A DNA stretch of 64,000 nucleotides from Candidatus Poribacteria bacterium (GCA_963665845.2 OY762492.1:3685672-3749671), one strand, 5' to 3'. Positions 8,645 to 20,331 are shown, numbered from the stretch's first letter. Program-made: numbers and translations. The notes: generated by a model from the sequence alone, not told the origin.

Positions 8645-10543
8645 CTAGCCGCCGGGCGCAACCGATATGCCGAAGAGGCGGCGGTAAAACGCCAGCTCCG
8701 TTTCTAAGGCGCGCCGCACGTTTTTCGCCTGGCGAAAGCCATGCCCTTCCCCTTCAAAGAGGACGCATTCGGCGTCCAGCCCGTTGTCGTTCAGCGTTTT
8801 GAGCATCGCTTCCGTTTGGTTGGGCGGAACAACCTTGTCCTCCATGCCCTGCAAGAACAGAACTGGTCCGGAGATGTTCTTGGCGGAATGGATCGGCGAC
8901 CGCTCCCGGTATAGATCGGCGCGTTCAGGATACGGTCCGATCAGTCTGTCCAGGTATCTCGATTCAAACTTATGAGTGTCCTTCGCCAGCGCCTCCAGAT
9001 CGCCGATGCCGTAGTAGCTGCATCCCCCCTTAAAGACGTCTCGAAACGCGAGCGCCGCCAGCGCGGTGAACCCGCCGGCGCTTCCGCCGCGTATCGCCAT
9101 GCGTTTGCCGTCAACAGCTCCCCGCTCCGCCATAGCGCGCGCCCCGTTGACGCTGTCGTCCACATCGACGACGCCCCATTGCCCGTTCAGCCGCTCTCTA
9201 TAGCCGCGTCCGTAGCCGGCGCTTCCGCCGTAGTTGACATCCAGAACGGCAAACCCTCGGCTGGTGAAAAACTGAACGGCGGGGTTGTAAGACGCGGTCG
9301 CCGCGCTGGTCGGCCCGCCGTGGCAGCTGACAATCAAGGGCGGCTTTTCCCCTTCAAGAGGCGCGTACTCGTCGTTCTTAGGCGGATAAAAGAAACCGCG
9401 CGCCGTCAGCCCGTTTTCCGTTGAAAATTCAACCTCCACAGGCAGCGACAGATAACGTTCGTCCGCTTCCGTTTCGTCGGGGCGGCGAATCGTCTCGATC
9501 TCCCTGGAGGCAAGATCGATCTGAATCAACTCGGCGGGGCGGGACGGCGAAGCGGCGTATAGATAGAGATGTCCATCCGCCGCCAAGGGCGAACTCAACT
9601 CTGTATAAGGCGTCTCAATGCGCTCCGCCTCTCCAGAGGTCAAGTTGATGAGCGCGAGGCGGGACTGCCCATTCTGACGATAAACGGCGGCAACCTCGTC
9701 TGCCGAGATGTAGGCGTAGGCGCGCATTCCAAACCCCCATTGCGGCAGTCCAAATTCGGCGTCCATCGGGGCGATGTTTCGCGCGGCGCCGTTTTCGATG
9801 CGGTAGAGGTTCCACCAGCCGGTTCGGTCAGACGCGAAAGTGAGCGTCCCGTCGGGCGACCATGTCGGTTGAAAGATCGACTCGTCCGAACCGCCGGCAA
9901 CGCGCCGCTGGTTCGTTAACTCTCCTGAAGGCGCGCATTCCGCTGTCCACAGCTCCGTTCCGTCCCACGGCATATTCGGGTGGTTCCACGCGAGCCATGC
10001 AATCTGCGAGCCGTCTGGACCGATTCGCGGCGAGGAGACAAAGTCGCTTTCCGCGTAAAGAATCGAGACGGCGCCGGTCTCCGCGTCTACGGACGCCAGC
10101 GCGTTCAGCGGTTCGTTTCCGCTCCGCTCCCGTTCTACGACACATAAAATGCGGTTGCGCCGCGCGTCCATCACGCCGTCCGCATAGCGGGAGCCGTTCG
10201 CCGGGGTGAGCGGATCGGGCTGCATGCCGGCGTCCTGCCGGTAAAGGCGCTGGTCGGCGTCGTTTGAAAAAAAGATCGTTCCGTCATGGACGAGATAATC
10301 GCCCCCGCCGTATTCATGGACGCGGCTGCGGACGCTCAAGGGCGCCGGGGTGAGGTCGCGGCGCGTTCCATCCGGCGTTCGCTTCACGAGAACGCTGCGC
10401 CCTTTGTCGGCGGGGCGCGTTTCTACCCAGTAAACATCGGCGCCGTCCGAGGCGGACAGCCCCATTCGGACGCCCGCTTGAGCGACCGTTTCAGCGGAGA
10501 CGGGGGACTTCCATGAGCAGTATGGCGCGGTTATTTTGTTCAA
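8645..10543 (-). CDS. S9 family serine peptidase (prolyl oligopeptidase / acylaminoacyl-peptidase type)
   Basis: N-terminal beta-propeller-like region and a C-terminal alpha/beta hydrolase domain with IRGGSAGGF (GxSxGG) and GEGHGF. Confidence 0.85.
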   Translation of the reverse strand: MNKITAPYCSWKSPVSAETVAQAGVRMGLSASDGADVYWVETRPADKGRSVLVKRTPDGTRRDLTPAPLSVRSRVHEYGGGDYLVHDGTIFFSNDADQRLYRQDAGMQPDPLTPANGSRYADGVMDARRNRILCVVERERSGNEPLNALASVDAETGAVSILYAESDFVSSPRIGPDGSQIAWLAWNHPNMPWDGTELWTAECAPSGELTNQRRVAGGSDESIFQPTWSPDGTLTFASDRTGWWNLYRIENGAARNIAPMDAEFGLPQWGFGMRAYAYISADEVAAVYRQNGQSRLALINLTSGEAERIETPYTELSSPLAADGHLYLYAASPSRPAELIQIDLASREIETIRRPDETEADERYLSLPVEVEFSTENGLTARGFFYPPKNDEYAPLEGEKPPLIVSCHGGPTSAATASYNPAVQFFTSRGFAVLDVNYGGSAGYGRGYRERLNGQWGVVDVDDSVNGARAMAERGAVDGKRMAIRGGSAGGFTALAALAFRDVFKGGCSYYGIGDLEALAKDTHKFESRYLDRLIGPYPERADLYRERSPIHSAKNISGPVLFLQGMEDKVVPPNQTEAMLKTLNDNGLDAECVLFEGEGHGFRQAKNVRRALETELAFYRRLFGISVAPGG

Positions 10544-11439
10544 GAGACGCCCAATCGGCGCTTCTGCTCCGCTAACATCTTTTTCTGCTGCGCGACCCGC
10601 TTTGGCACGACGCGCTCTCTCGGCCGCGTCGGTTTGAAATCGAGCCGTTCGACGCCGAGCGCTTTCAGAACCGCCTTCTCAACAAGAGAGAAATCGTCCG
10701 GATTTTTTCGGTTGAAGTTCATCGGCTCCTTGAGCGCGACGGGCGGATTGGTGATGAAGCGCGCCCGTTCGGACGGGTTGCGCGACGCCGAATGGAGAAC
10801 ATACGGGTGGATCAGAACAATGTCGCCGGCAAGCCCTGTCAGCTCGACAAAGTCGCTGCAGTGTCGAATCAGTTTGCCGAAGCCCGCCTCGGAGGGAAGC
10901 AGCCCTTCTGGATGAGCGGCGAGATGGCGCGCGATATGCTGAACCGAGTCGGCGGCGACGAAGGTTCCGCCGCTTTTCGGAAAGATGTCAGACCAGATGA
11001 TGATGGTGAGCAGCCCTTGTTCAGGGCTGTCGAGAAAATGCCGAAAGAAATCGCCGTCTTTGTGCCATCCGCTCATGTTAGGAGACGGAGGCTGCCACGG
11101 CTCGCCGTCGCCGATATTGAAATTGATGATAAAGCCGTCGCCGAGCGAGAAGTTTTGGGCGTTGCGGATGCGTTCTTCGCCGCCCATGAGGTCGCAGATC
11201 GCGTTCCATGCTCTTGGGGCGATGTCGGCGGCGCGCTTCCAGTTCATGCCGGGGAGATGGACGCGGGGCTCCGCCCAGGTGTCGGGTTCGTAGGGGTCGT
11301 ATCCGAGCCGTTTGAAAGCGAAGGCGCGCCATTCCTCAGCCAGCTCGCGCGGAAACGCCTGGCGGATGACGATATGCCCGCGTTCCAGAAACTGCTGCGC
11401 CTGCTCCTGCGTGATTTCTCGATAAGAGGCTTGCGCCAT
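10540..11439 (-). CDS. Fe(II)/2-oxoglutarate dioxygenase, phytanoyl-CoA dioxygenase (PhyH)-like
   Basis: WHKDGD (HxD) and a distal HPYVLHSAS.N motif. There is a 4-nt overlap with the downstream peptidase gene. Confidence 0.55.
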   Translation of the reverse strand: MAQASYREITQEQAQQFLERGHIVIRQAFPRELAEEWRAFAFKRLGYDPYEPDTWAEPRVHLPGMNWKRAADIAPRAWNAICDLMGGEERIRNAQNFSLGDGFIINFNIGDGEPWQPPSPNMSGWHKDGDFFRHFLDSPEQGLLTIIIWSDIFPKSGGTFVAADSVQHIARHLAAHPEGLLPSEAGFGKLIRHCSDFVELTGLAGDIVLIHPYVLHSASRNPSERARFITNPPVALKEPMNFNRKNPDDFSLVEKAVLKALGVERLDFKPTRPRERVVPKRVAQQKKMLAEQKRRLGVS

Positions 11440-11578
11440 GATCTGTTCCTCTCTGGCGGTGCGTTGTTTGATTTACATTACAGCATTTCGGGTCGAGTTT
11501 CAAGAGCGGCGCTCTGACGGCTGTACGCCCATGCGATGATAGTCGTTTTTAATCCTAAAGCGTCCGCGCCGCCGATCC

Positions 11579-11754
11579 GTCATTCCCGTGAAAACGGGAA
11601 TCTTAGGCATCGCAGACGCCGTCCATACCGCGTCTCCGACCAACATCATCGTATGAGCGTACTGCCGCTCTGACCTTGCGTCTTTAGTTGGGACATGTCG
11701 GCATGGGAACGCGGACGTCATCCCCGATGCCTCTGGATTCCCGCTTACGCGGGA
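11579..11754 (+). repeat. repeat cluster ending in a hairpin truncated by the IS (…GATTCCCGCTTACGCGGGA|)
   Basis: Contains GTCATTCCCGTGAAAACGGGAATCTTAGG at 11579-11606, the CATCGTATGAGCGTACTGCC module at 11648, and the 75-nt module from 11671. Confidence 0.85.
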
Positions 11755-11869
11755 GTATCTGTGTTCAAAGTCAATCATTTTGCGCTTTCCGTAGCGCCGA
11801 AAGTCGCCGCGGCGGATATTTTTCGGCAGTACCGAAGGAGCCGCCGCAGCGAGATTTCGGAAAGGGTTT

Positions 11870-13208
<1,339 letters not shown>

Positions 13209-13296
13209 TGCGAAGCAACGCGCCCAAGACGGTCTGGAGTCTCACCGCGCTACCCCTTAAGTATGCGCTAACTCGAGGGGCAAGATCATCATACAA

Positions 13297-13350
13297 ATGA
13301 CGGCATGGATCGGCCGGCTGTCGCGCAAATGAATGTCATCGCTTGTAGGC
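13297..13350 (+). repeat. distal half of the repeat interrupted by the IS (ATGACGGCATGGATCGG…GTCATCGC module)
   Basis: Collinear with 44163-44215 of the intact copy. Confidence 0.8.
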
Positions 13351-13369
13351 TGGCGACTCCAGTTAGCCT

Positions 13370-13398
13370 TTGACACGCCGCCCGCCTTCTTATATGCT
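13370..13398 (+). promoter_or_regulatory. sigma70-like promoter candidate TTGACA-N17-TATGCT upstream of WD40 gene 1
   Basis: Hexamers and the 17-nt spacer were counted by eye. The element lies 24 nt upstream of the first ATG. Confidence 0.4.
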
Positions 13399-13421
13399 GT
13401 AAAGACAGGCCGAAACTGGAG

Positions 13422-15287
13422 ATGTATATGAAACGGAGCCTTTATTCGCTGTGCGCCTGCGTTTTGACGCTGCGCGCGTTCGCGGCGGCGCCTTCAGATT
13501 ATATCTCGCAGCTTGGTCTGCCTGAAGGCGCCAAGATGCGCATCGGCAGGGGAAGCGTCCAATCGCTCGCCTATTCGCCGGACGGCAAGCGGCTTGCCGC
13601 AGCCGGCAGCGTCGGCGTCTGGATATACGACGCGCTCTTCGGCGGAGAGATCGCGCTGCTTCGAGGACATACCGATCCCGTCAATTCAGCAGCGTATTCA
13701 CCCGAAGGAGAGCGCATCGTCAGCGCCAGCGAAGACTGGACGGTTCGGATATGGGACGCGGAGACCGAAGCCCATCTCAATACGCTCAAAGGACATACAG
13801 AATCGATTAACTCGGCGGCGTATTCTCCCGACGGGAAACGCATCGTCAGCGCCAGCGCCGATCAAACGATTCGCATATGGGATGCGGAAACAGGGGCGCT
13901 TCTCAACACGCTCAAAGGACATACAGCCTCGGTCCGTTCGGCGGCGTATTCGCCGGACGGCAAGCGCATCGTCAGCGCCAGCGGCGACAAGACGGTTCGC
14001 GTCTGGGACGCGGAGACCGGCGACCTGCTCAAAACCTTGGAAGAACATACAAGAGGTGTTCTTTCGGCGCGCTATTCGCCGGACGGCAAGAAAATCGCAA
14101 GCGCAGGCTCTGCCATTCGCGTCTGGGACGCGGAGACCGGCGCGCTTCTCCATACGCTTTCCGGTAGAGGCGCGACCGGCGGGTTGGCGTATTCGCCGGA
14201 CGGCAGGTACCTTGCCAGAGGAAATATGTATGACGATCTGCTGCTGTGGGACGCCGCTCACGGCGCGCCTCTTGAGCCGATGTTTAAACGCGCCCCTAGA
14301 AGCGGAGCCAGTACGCTCGCGTTTTCGCCGGACGGACATAACATTGCCGGCGCGGATAGAGAAGGCCCGATTCACATTAGGAACATCGAGATTCGCGCCC
14401 AGGTCCGCGCATTTGAGGGGCATACCGATTTCCACCCCCGCGCCGCCGCTTTATCGCCGGACGGCAAGCGCATCGCCGCGGCAAATCGATTCGACCGCTT
14501 CGTTGACATATACGGCGCCGCCGACGGGGCGCTTCTCCATACATACAGCGCGAGCTCTCGTGTGACCTGTTTGGGCTATTCGCCGGACGGCAAGCGCCTT
14601 TTCATCGGAAGTATGGGTAATTCCTTTGGCGTTTGGGACGCCGAGAAAAAAACGCAGCTCCATAGGTTCATTGGACATTCCAGCATGATCGTCTCCGCGG
14701 CGTTTTCGCCGGACAACAAGCGCATCGCCAGCGCGAGTTGGGATAGAACGGTTATCATCTGGAATGCGGAAACAGGCGCCCTTCTCCATAGGCTTAAAGG
14801 ACATATCTCCCCGGTCAATTGGGTTTCCTATTCGCCGGACGGCAAACGCGTCGTCAGCGCAGGCCTCGACAATACGACTCGCATTTGGGACGCGGAAACC
14901 GGCGCGCCGCTCCATACGCTTGAAGGGGGCAGATCTGAACTCCATTCGGTTTCCTATTCGCCGGACGGCAAACGCGTCGTCAGCGCTGACAGCGATGGAA
15001 AGGCGGTCATATTGGACGCCGAGACATGGGCTGCCATCAAAAAGATCGACGGGGATGATTATGGAAGAATCTTATGCGCGGCATATTCTCCAGACGGCAA
15101 GATGATCGCGACAGGGGGCTGGGATAGAATCGTACGCGTCTGGAACTCCGAAACCGGCGCCCTTCTCAAAAAGCTTGAAGGGCATACAGGCTATATCGGT
15201 TGGACCGCGTTTTTACAGGACGGAAAGACGCTCGCCTCATCAGGTTTTGACGGCGTCGTCCTCCTTTGGGACATCTCCGACCTCTAG
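13422..15287 (+). CDS. secreted WD40-repeat protein (~14 blades), paralog 1
   Basis: Signal peptide MKRSLYSLCACVLTLRAFAAAP. There are ~14 repeats of AYSPDGKRIVSAS.D.T(V/I)R(I/V)WDAETGALL.TL.GH. The start may be the ATG at 13428. Confidence 0.9.
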   Translation: MYMKRSLYSLCACVLTLRAFAAAPSDYISQLGLPEGAKMRIGRGSVQSLAYSPDGKRLAAAGSVGVWIYDALFGGEIALLRGHTDPVNSAAYSPEGERIVSASEDWTVRIWDAETEAHLNTLKGHTESINSAAYSPDGKRIVSASADQTIRIWDAETGALLNTLKGHTASVRSAAYSPDGKRIVSASGDKTVRVWDAETGDLLKTLEEHTRGVLSARYSPDGKKIASAGSAIRVWDAETGALLHTLSGRGATGGLAYSPDGRYLARGNMYDDLLLWDAAHGAPLEPMFKRAPRSGASTLAFSPDGHNIAGADREGPIHIRNIEIRAQVRAFEGHTDFHPRAAALSPDGKRIAAANRFDRFVDIYGAADGALLHTYSASSRVTCLGYSPDGKRLFIGSMGNSFGVWDAEKKTQLHRFIGHSSMIVSAAFSPDNKRIASASWDRTVIIWNAETGALLHRLKGHISPVNWVSYSPDGKRVVSAGLDNTTRIWDAETGAPLHTLEGGRSELHSVSYSPDGKRVVSADSDGKAVILDAETWAAIKKIDGDDYGRILCAAYSPDGKMIATGGWDRIVRVWNSETGALLKKLEGHTGYIGWTAFLQDGKTLASSGFDGVVLLWDISDL

Positions 15288-15300
15288 GCGGAAGCGGCGC

Positions 15301-17154
15301 ATGAACAACCTCCGCGGCGCAAAACGATTTCTTCTTTTTCTATGCGCTTGCTTTTTCATGTGCGCCGCTCTTGAGGCTAGGTCGCCGCCGCTCATCTCGC
15401 AGCTGGGGCTTCCCGACGGCGTCAAGCTGCGCATCGGCAGGGGAAGCGTCCAATCGCTCGCCTATTCCCCGGACGGCAAGAGGCTCGCCGTAGCAAGCAG
15501 CATCGGCGTCTGGATCTACGACGCGCTCTACGGCGGAGAGATCGCGCTGCTTCAAGGGCATACGCGCCAGGTCAATTCGGCGTCCTATTCTCCAGACGGC
15601 AAGCGCATCGTCAGCGCAGGCAACGACGGCGCCGTGCGCGTCTGGGACGCGGAGACCGAAGCTCTTCTCAATACGCTTGAAGGACATATATCGTTCGTCA
15701 ATTCGGCGTCCTATTCGCCGGACGGGAAGCGCATCGTCAGCGCAGGATACGACGGCGCCGTGCGCGTCTGGGACGCGGAAACAGGCTCTCTTCTCCATAC
15801 GCTTAAAGGACATAGGTATTCTGTCAATTCAGCGTCCTATTCTCCGGACGGGAAGCGCATCGTCAGCGCAAGCGGCAACAGAACCGTTCGAGTATGGGAC
15901 GCGGAGACCGGCGCCTTCATCAAAGCGCTGGAAGGCCATACAGGGAGCGTCGAAACGGCAGTGTATTCACCAGACGGCAAGCGAATTGCAACCGCAAGCA
16001 GCGACGGAACTGCGCGCATCTGGGACAGCGATACTGGCGCCTGGCTCAACACGCTTGAGATGGAATCGGATAGAGGAATCATGTTGGCGTATTCGCCGGA
16101 CGGCAGGCATCTTGCGGGCGGAAATGGGTACATGCTGCAGTTGTGGAACGCCGCCTACGGCTCGCCTCTTCAGCCGATTTTCAGAAGCGCTAGCAACTCC
16201 GCAGCCAGTTCGTTCGCGTTTTCGCCGGACGGCCATAGCGTTGCCGCCGCTGGTCTCGGCGGTCCAATTTACATTTGGAACATCAAGTTTCGCGCCCGCG
16301 TCCGCGCGTTTGAGGGGCATACCAACTTCGGCGCGGTCGCATTGTCGCCGGACAACAAGCATGTGGTCGCGGCGGACCCAATGCGTACCTTCATTTGTAT
16401 ATACGATGTCAGCGCCGGCGCGCTTCTCGAAGCATACAATATGCGCCGCGCGGTTTCGCTAAACTATTCGCCGAACGGCAGGCGTCTCGTCATCGGGTAC
16501 CGCGACAGGACGGTTCGAATATGGGAAGACACAAAGCAGCTCTATAAGCTTAAAGGTCATACGATTCGCGTCAGTTCGGCGTCCTATTCTCCGGACGGGA
16601 AGCGCATCGCCAGCGCAAGTTGGGATAAAACCGTTCGCGTTTGGGACGCCGAAACCGGCGCGCTGATCCACACGCTTAAAGGACATAAGTATGCCGTCCA
16701 TTCGGCCTCCTATTCGCCGGACAGCAGGCGCATCGCCAGCGCCGGCGCCGACGGAACGGTTCGCATATGGGACGCGGAAACAGGCGCGCCGCTCCATACG
16801 CTTACAGGGCATTGGACAGAGATTCATTCGGTTTCCTATTCGCCGAACGGCAAGCGCATCGTCAGCGCTGACCGCTATGGAAAGACGATCATCTGGGACG
16901 CCGAAACAGGAGCCCGTCTCCGTACGCTCAAGGGGCGCTTCTGGGCGGCGTATTCCCCAGACGGAAAGATGATTGTGAGCGGAGCCATGGATACAACCGT
17001 ATGCGTCTGGGACGCCGAAACCGGCGCCCTTCTCAAGAAGCTCGAAGGGCATACGGAACATATCAATTGGGCGGCGTTTCTACAGGACGGAAAGACGCTC
17101 GCTTCATCAGGCTTTGACGGTACCATCCTTTTTTGGGACATCTCCGACCTCTAG
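15301..17154 (+). CDS. secreted WD40-repeat protein (~14 blades), paralog 2
   Basis: The ATG at 15301 gives the signal peptide MNNLRGAKRFLLFLCACFFMCAALEA. The protein is collinear with paralog 1 over its whole length. The track start at 15175 overlaps gene 1 and is rejected. Confidence 0.9.
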   Translation: MNNLRGAKRFLLFLCACFFMCAALEARSPPLISQLGLPDGVKLRIGRGSVQSLAYSPDGKRLAVASSIGVWIYDALYGGEIALLQGHTRQVNSASYSPDGKRIVSAGNDGAVRVWDAETEALLNTLEGHISFVNSASYSPDGKRIVSAGYDGAVRVWDAETGSLLHTLKGHRYSVNSASYSPDGKRIVSASGNRTVRVWDAETGAFIKALEGHTGSVETAVYSPDGKRIATASSDGTARIWDSDTGAWLNTLEMESDRGIMLAYSPDGRHLAGGNGYMLQLWNAAYGSPLQPIFRSASNSAASSFAFSPDGHSVAAAGLGGPIYIWNIKFRARVRAFEGHTNFGAVALSPDNKHVVAADPMRTFICIYDVSAGALLEAYNMRRAVSLNYSPNGRRLVIGYRDRTVRIWEDTKQLYKLKGHTIRVSSASYSPDGKRIASASWDKTVRVWDAETGALIHTLKGHKYAVHSASYSPDSRRIASAGADGTVRIWDAETGAPLHTLTGHWTEIHSVSYSPNGKRIVSADRYGKTIIWDAETGARLRTLKGRFWAAYSPDGKMIVSGAMDTTVCVWDAETGALLKKLEGHTEHINWAAFLQDGKTLASSGFDGTILFWDISDL

Positions 17155-17195
17155 CTCTATGATCCCGCTTTGCCCATACCGCATTTCTCCCCAGC

Positions 17196-17609
17196 GATAA
17201 ACGCGCGGGAATCTTAGACGGCGCCGCAGTTATTGTCTGAACTAGGATTGACATGATTAAAAGATTGCCAAGAGAACTGCCGAAAACGATGCGCCGCCCT
17301 TGACATGCCGCTTTCCAGCGCGTCATTCCCGCGCAAGCGGGAATCCAGAGGATTCGCCGAAACCGCCCGCATCCCCGGCCGTCATTCCCGCGTAAGCGGG
17401 AATCCAGAGTCGCCGCGGACGCTGTCCGCGCCCGCGGAAACCCCCTTGCCCCCCTTACAAAGGGGGAGTTATGAAAGCCCCCTTGAAAAGGGGGTTTGGG
17501 GGGGTTTCGGCGCCATAGAAACCGTCCGCGTTCATCCCAAGCGTCCGGCGGCTCAAATCGTTCCCCGCTTCCGCGAGGACATGCATTCCTGCGCAAGCGG
17601 GAATCTTAG
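17196..17609. repeat. dense cluster of hairpin repeats (three ATTCCCGCG-N4-CGGGAAT copies, two G/C hairpins, fragments of the 75-nt and GAGGACATGC modules)
   Basis: Hairpins at 17322-17351, 17381-17409 and 17581-17609. G/C hairpins at 17440-17500. Confidence 0.85.
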
Positions 17610-17618
17610 CCATTGTCT

Positions 17619-17690
17619 GAACTAGGATTGCCAAGAAAATTTCCGCGATCCGCTCTCTTGGCAATCTTACTAATCCTTCCATCCTAGTTC
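17619..17690 (+). promoter_or_regulatory. nested inverted repeat (GAACTAGGA/TCCTAGTTC outside TTGCCAAGA/TCTTGGCAA) immediately upstream of a promoter
   Basis: Outer arms at 17619-17627 and 17682-17690, inner arms at 17628-17636 and 17656-17664. A 19-nt identical partial copy (ATTGTCTGAACTAGGATTG) lies at 17232-17250. Confidence 0.4.
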
Positions 17691-17702
17691 AAAACCATGC
17701 GC

Positions 17703-17731
17703 TTGACATTCCGCCCCCCGCGCCGTATATT
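17703..17731 (+). promoter_or_regulatory. sigma70-like promoter candidate TTGACA-N17-TATATT
   Basis: Perfect -35, 17-nt spacer and a 5/6 -10, located 14-29 nt upstream of the candidate ATGs of the dioxygenase gene. Confidence 0.5.
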
Positions 17732-17759
17732 GAACCGACCTAGGATGCGGAGCGGACGA

Positions 17760-18566
17760 ATGAAATCGATGCCGACAGCGGAATTGAATGTGGACGTAAC
17801 AGAGGAGCAGATACGGTTTTTTCAGGAGAACGGCTACCTGAGCATAGACCGCATCTCGCCGGACGAGGAGGTGGAATGGCTGCGGGGGATCTACGACGAC
17901 CTGTTTGAGAGCCGCGCGGGCGAGGAACAGGGCGCCTACTTTGATCTGGGCGGGCCGCGCGCGCATCAAGGGCGGGAGGTTCTGCCGCAGGCGCTGGGTC
18001 CGGAGCGGGTCTATCCTCAACTGCGCGAGACGAACACCTTTCGAAACGGGCGGAAACTCGCCGCCAAACTGCTCGGCGTTCCGCTCGAACAGGTGAACGG
18101 CGGCGGGCATATGATCTTGAAGCCCGCCGAGTACGGACGCGAAACGCCATGGCATCAGGACGAGGCGTACTGGAACCCTGCGGCGCTGCATCATGGCTTG
18201 AGCGTCTGGACGCCGCTGGACGAGGCGTCGCTGGAATCGGGCTGCATGCAGTTCATACCGCGCTCGCATTTGACCGAGGAGGTGCTGGTTCATCGGCATA
18301 TCGACAACGACCCGCTGACGCATGGGCTGGTGACGGACGAGGCGGAGGCGTCGTTGGCGGAGGCGTGTCCGCTGCGTCCCGGCGGCGCGACGTTTCATCA
18401 TTGCCGGACGCTGCATTACGCGGGACCGAATCGGACGGAAGCGGCGCGTCGGGCGTATATCAATGTGTTCAATGCGCCGCCGAAGAAGCGCGCCGTCCCC
18501 GACCATCGCCCATGGCTCTTGGAAGAGCAGGAGGCGTTGAAAAAGCTGTCTTCTTTGGCGCGTTGA
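17760..18566 (+). CDS. phytanoyl-CoA dioxygenase (PhyH) family Fe(II)/2OG oxygenase
   Basis: Motifs …EEQIRFFQENGYLSIDRI…, TPWHQDEAYW (HxD) and GGATFHHCRTLHYAGPNRT…RRAY. Alternative ATG at 17745. Confidence 0.8.
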   Translation: MKSMPTAELNVDVTEEQIRFFQENGYLSIDRISPDEEVEWLRGIYDDLFESRAGEEQGAYFDLGGPRAHQGREVLPQALGPERVYPQLRETNTFRNGRKLAAKLLGVPLEQVNGGGHMILKPAEYGRETPWHQDEAYWNPAALHHGLSVWTPLDEASLESGCMQFIPRSHLTEEVLVHRHIDNDPLTHGLVTDEAEASLAEACPLRPGGATFHHCRTLHYAGPNRTEAARRAYINVFNAPPKKRAVPDHRPWLLEEQEALKKLSSLAR

Positions 18567-18615
18567 CAGGTTCGTCTGCATGATGTTTCAACTTTATGCA
18601 TGCGGTCGGCAAATC

Positions 18616-20331
18616 TTAAGAAACGGAGCGGGAGCGGCTGAACGGAAACTGAAACGGACTGGAACGGTGCCATATCTCATCCAGCGAAGGCGGATACGGC
18701 TCTTCCAGCAGACTCCCTTCCTCCACAAAATCGAACAACTCGGCGTAAGATTTCACCTCCGACGGTCCTACGTTGCGGCATATATGCCTCGGCGTAATCT
18801 CCTCCGGGCTGGACATCCCGGCGGCGCCGAGCAGCTCAAGGACGCTGTGAACCGTCGCGCGGTGGTAATTCGCCGCCCGATGCGCCTTGTTGGTCGGATC
18901 CAGCGCTTTATACAGCCCTGGGTTCTGCGTCGCCACGCCGACGGGGCAATGGTTCGTGTTGCATTTCAACGCCTGAATGCAGCCGATGGCAAACATCATT
19001 CCGCGCGCCGAGTTGCATAAATCCGCCCCCAGCGCGATCTTCGACACGATATGAAAACCTGTAACGACGCGCCCCGCCGCAATCAAGCGCGTTTTGCCGC
19101 GCAAACCGGCGCCGGTCAAGCCGTTCTGCGCCAGCAGCAAGCCCATGTTGAGCGGCATTCCGACGGAGCTGGAAAACTCATGCGGCGCCGCTCCCGTGCC
19201 GCCCTCCGCTCCGTCAACGGCGATGAAGTCGGGCGAAATCTCCGTCTCCAGCATCGCCTTTACGACGCTCAAAAACTCGCTGCGGTGTCCGACGCACAGC
19301 TTGAACCCGACAGGCTTTCCGCCTGACAAACGGCGCAGCTGGTCGATGAACTCCAGCATGCCGATCGGGGTGTCAAAAGCGGTATGCGCCGGCGGCGACA
19401 GAACGTCTCGACCCATCGGAACGCCGCGTATTGACGCAATCTCCTTCGTCAACTTCGCCGCGGGAAGAATGCCGCCATGCCCCGGCTTCGCCCCCTGCGA
19501 CAATTTCAGCTCGATCATCTTGACAGCGGGATGCGCCGCCTGGTCGCGGAACCTGTCGGGGCAGAAATCGCCGTTCGGCGCTCGGCACCCAAAATAGCCG
19601 GTGCCGATCTGCCAGACAAGATCGCCGCCGCCTTCCAGGTGGTAAGGGCTGACGCCGCCTTCGCCCGTGTTATGAAAAAAGCCGCCCATCTTTGCCGCGC
19701 GGCTCAACGCGAGAACCGCGTTCTTGCTGATCGACCCGTAGCTCATAGCGGAGATATTGAACAGGGAGGCGGAGTAAGGCTGACTGCACTGGTCGTTTCC
19801 GATGAGAATGCGCGGCGGCTTCTTCGGCGGATCCACAGCGGCGATGGAATGGGTGATCCATTCATACCCGCCTTCGTACACATCCGCCTTGGCGCCGAAA
19901 GGGAGCGTGTCCAGTTGACCTTTGGCGCGCTGATAAACGAGCGACCGTTTTTCGCGGCTAAACGGCTTTTCTTCAGTGTCCGACTCGATGAAATACTGCC
20001 GTATCTCTGGACGAATCATCTCCAGCAGGTAGCGAAAATGTCCCAGGATGGGAAAGTTGCGCAGCGCCGTATGCTTTTTTTGAAACACATCCCAGACGCC
20101 GAGCGCAACGACCGGCAGCGCCACCGCGTAAAGCAGCAAAGCCCATCGGTTCCATAAGCCGAGCGCGCCGATGCCGACCATGAGCGCCGCCGACAGCGAA
20201 AACACAATCGGGCGCAGGCTTAGATGTATCCGCAGCGGCGCCAGCGCCAGAAGAGCGATCAACCCCAAGACAAAAACCCCCGCCGAGACCGCCAACGCCA
20301 CCGCGATGTAGTCGCCGACAAGTATTCGCAT
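18616..20331 (-). CDS. FMN-binding glutamate synthase family protein (GltB domain-2-like) with N-terminal TM helices
   Basis: Motifs GAKPGHGGILP and IAVDGAEGGTGAAP. There are 3 N-terminal hydrophobic helices. Confidence 0.85.
   Translation of the reverse strand: MRILVGDYIAVALAVSAGVFVLGLIALLALAPLRIHLSLRPIVFSLSAALMVGIGALGLWNRWALLLYAVALPVVALGVWDVFQKKHTALRNFPILGHFRYLLEMIRPEIRQYFIESDTEEKPFSREKRSLVYQRAKGQLDTLPFGAKADVYEGGYEWITHSIAAVDPPKKPPRILIGNDQCSQPYSASLFNISAMSYGSISKNAVLALSRAAKMGGFFHNTGEGGVSPYHLEGGGDLVWQIGTGYFGCRAPNGDFCPDRFRDQAAHPAVKMIELKLSQGAKPGHGGILPAAKLTKEIASIRGVPMGRDVLSPPAHTAFDTPIGMLEFIDQLRRLSGGKPVGFKLCVGHRSEFLSVVKAMLETEISPDFIAVDGAEGGTGAAPHEFSSSVGMPLNMGLLLAQNGLTGAGLRGKTRLIAAGRVVTGFHIVSKIALGADLCNSARGMMFAIGCIQALKCNTNHCPVGVATQNPGLYKALDPTNKAHRAANYHRATVHSVLELLGAAGMSSPEEITPRHICRNVGPSEVKSYAELFDFVEEGSLLEEPYPPSLDEIWHRSSPFQFPFSRSRSVS

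Noticed and set aside
13513-16462. Many 80-350-aa ORFs in alternative frames and on the opposite strand across the WD40 genes.
   Set aside because: They are created by the periodic WD40 nucleotide repeat. Each is itself a monotonous repeat of Arg/Ser/Ala-rich units, and all overlap the well-supported frame.
17670-18581. 303-aa minus-strand ORF covering the PhyH dioxygenase gene.
   Set aside because: It is antisense to a gene with clear family motifs and a good promoter. The translation is extremely Arg/Gln/Leu-rich with no domain signal.
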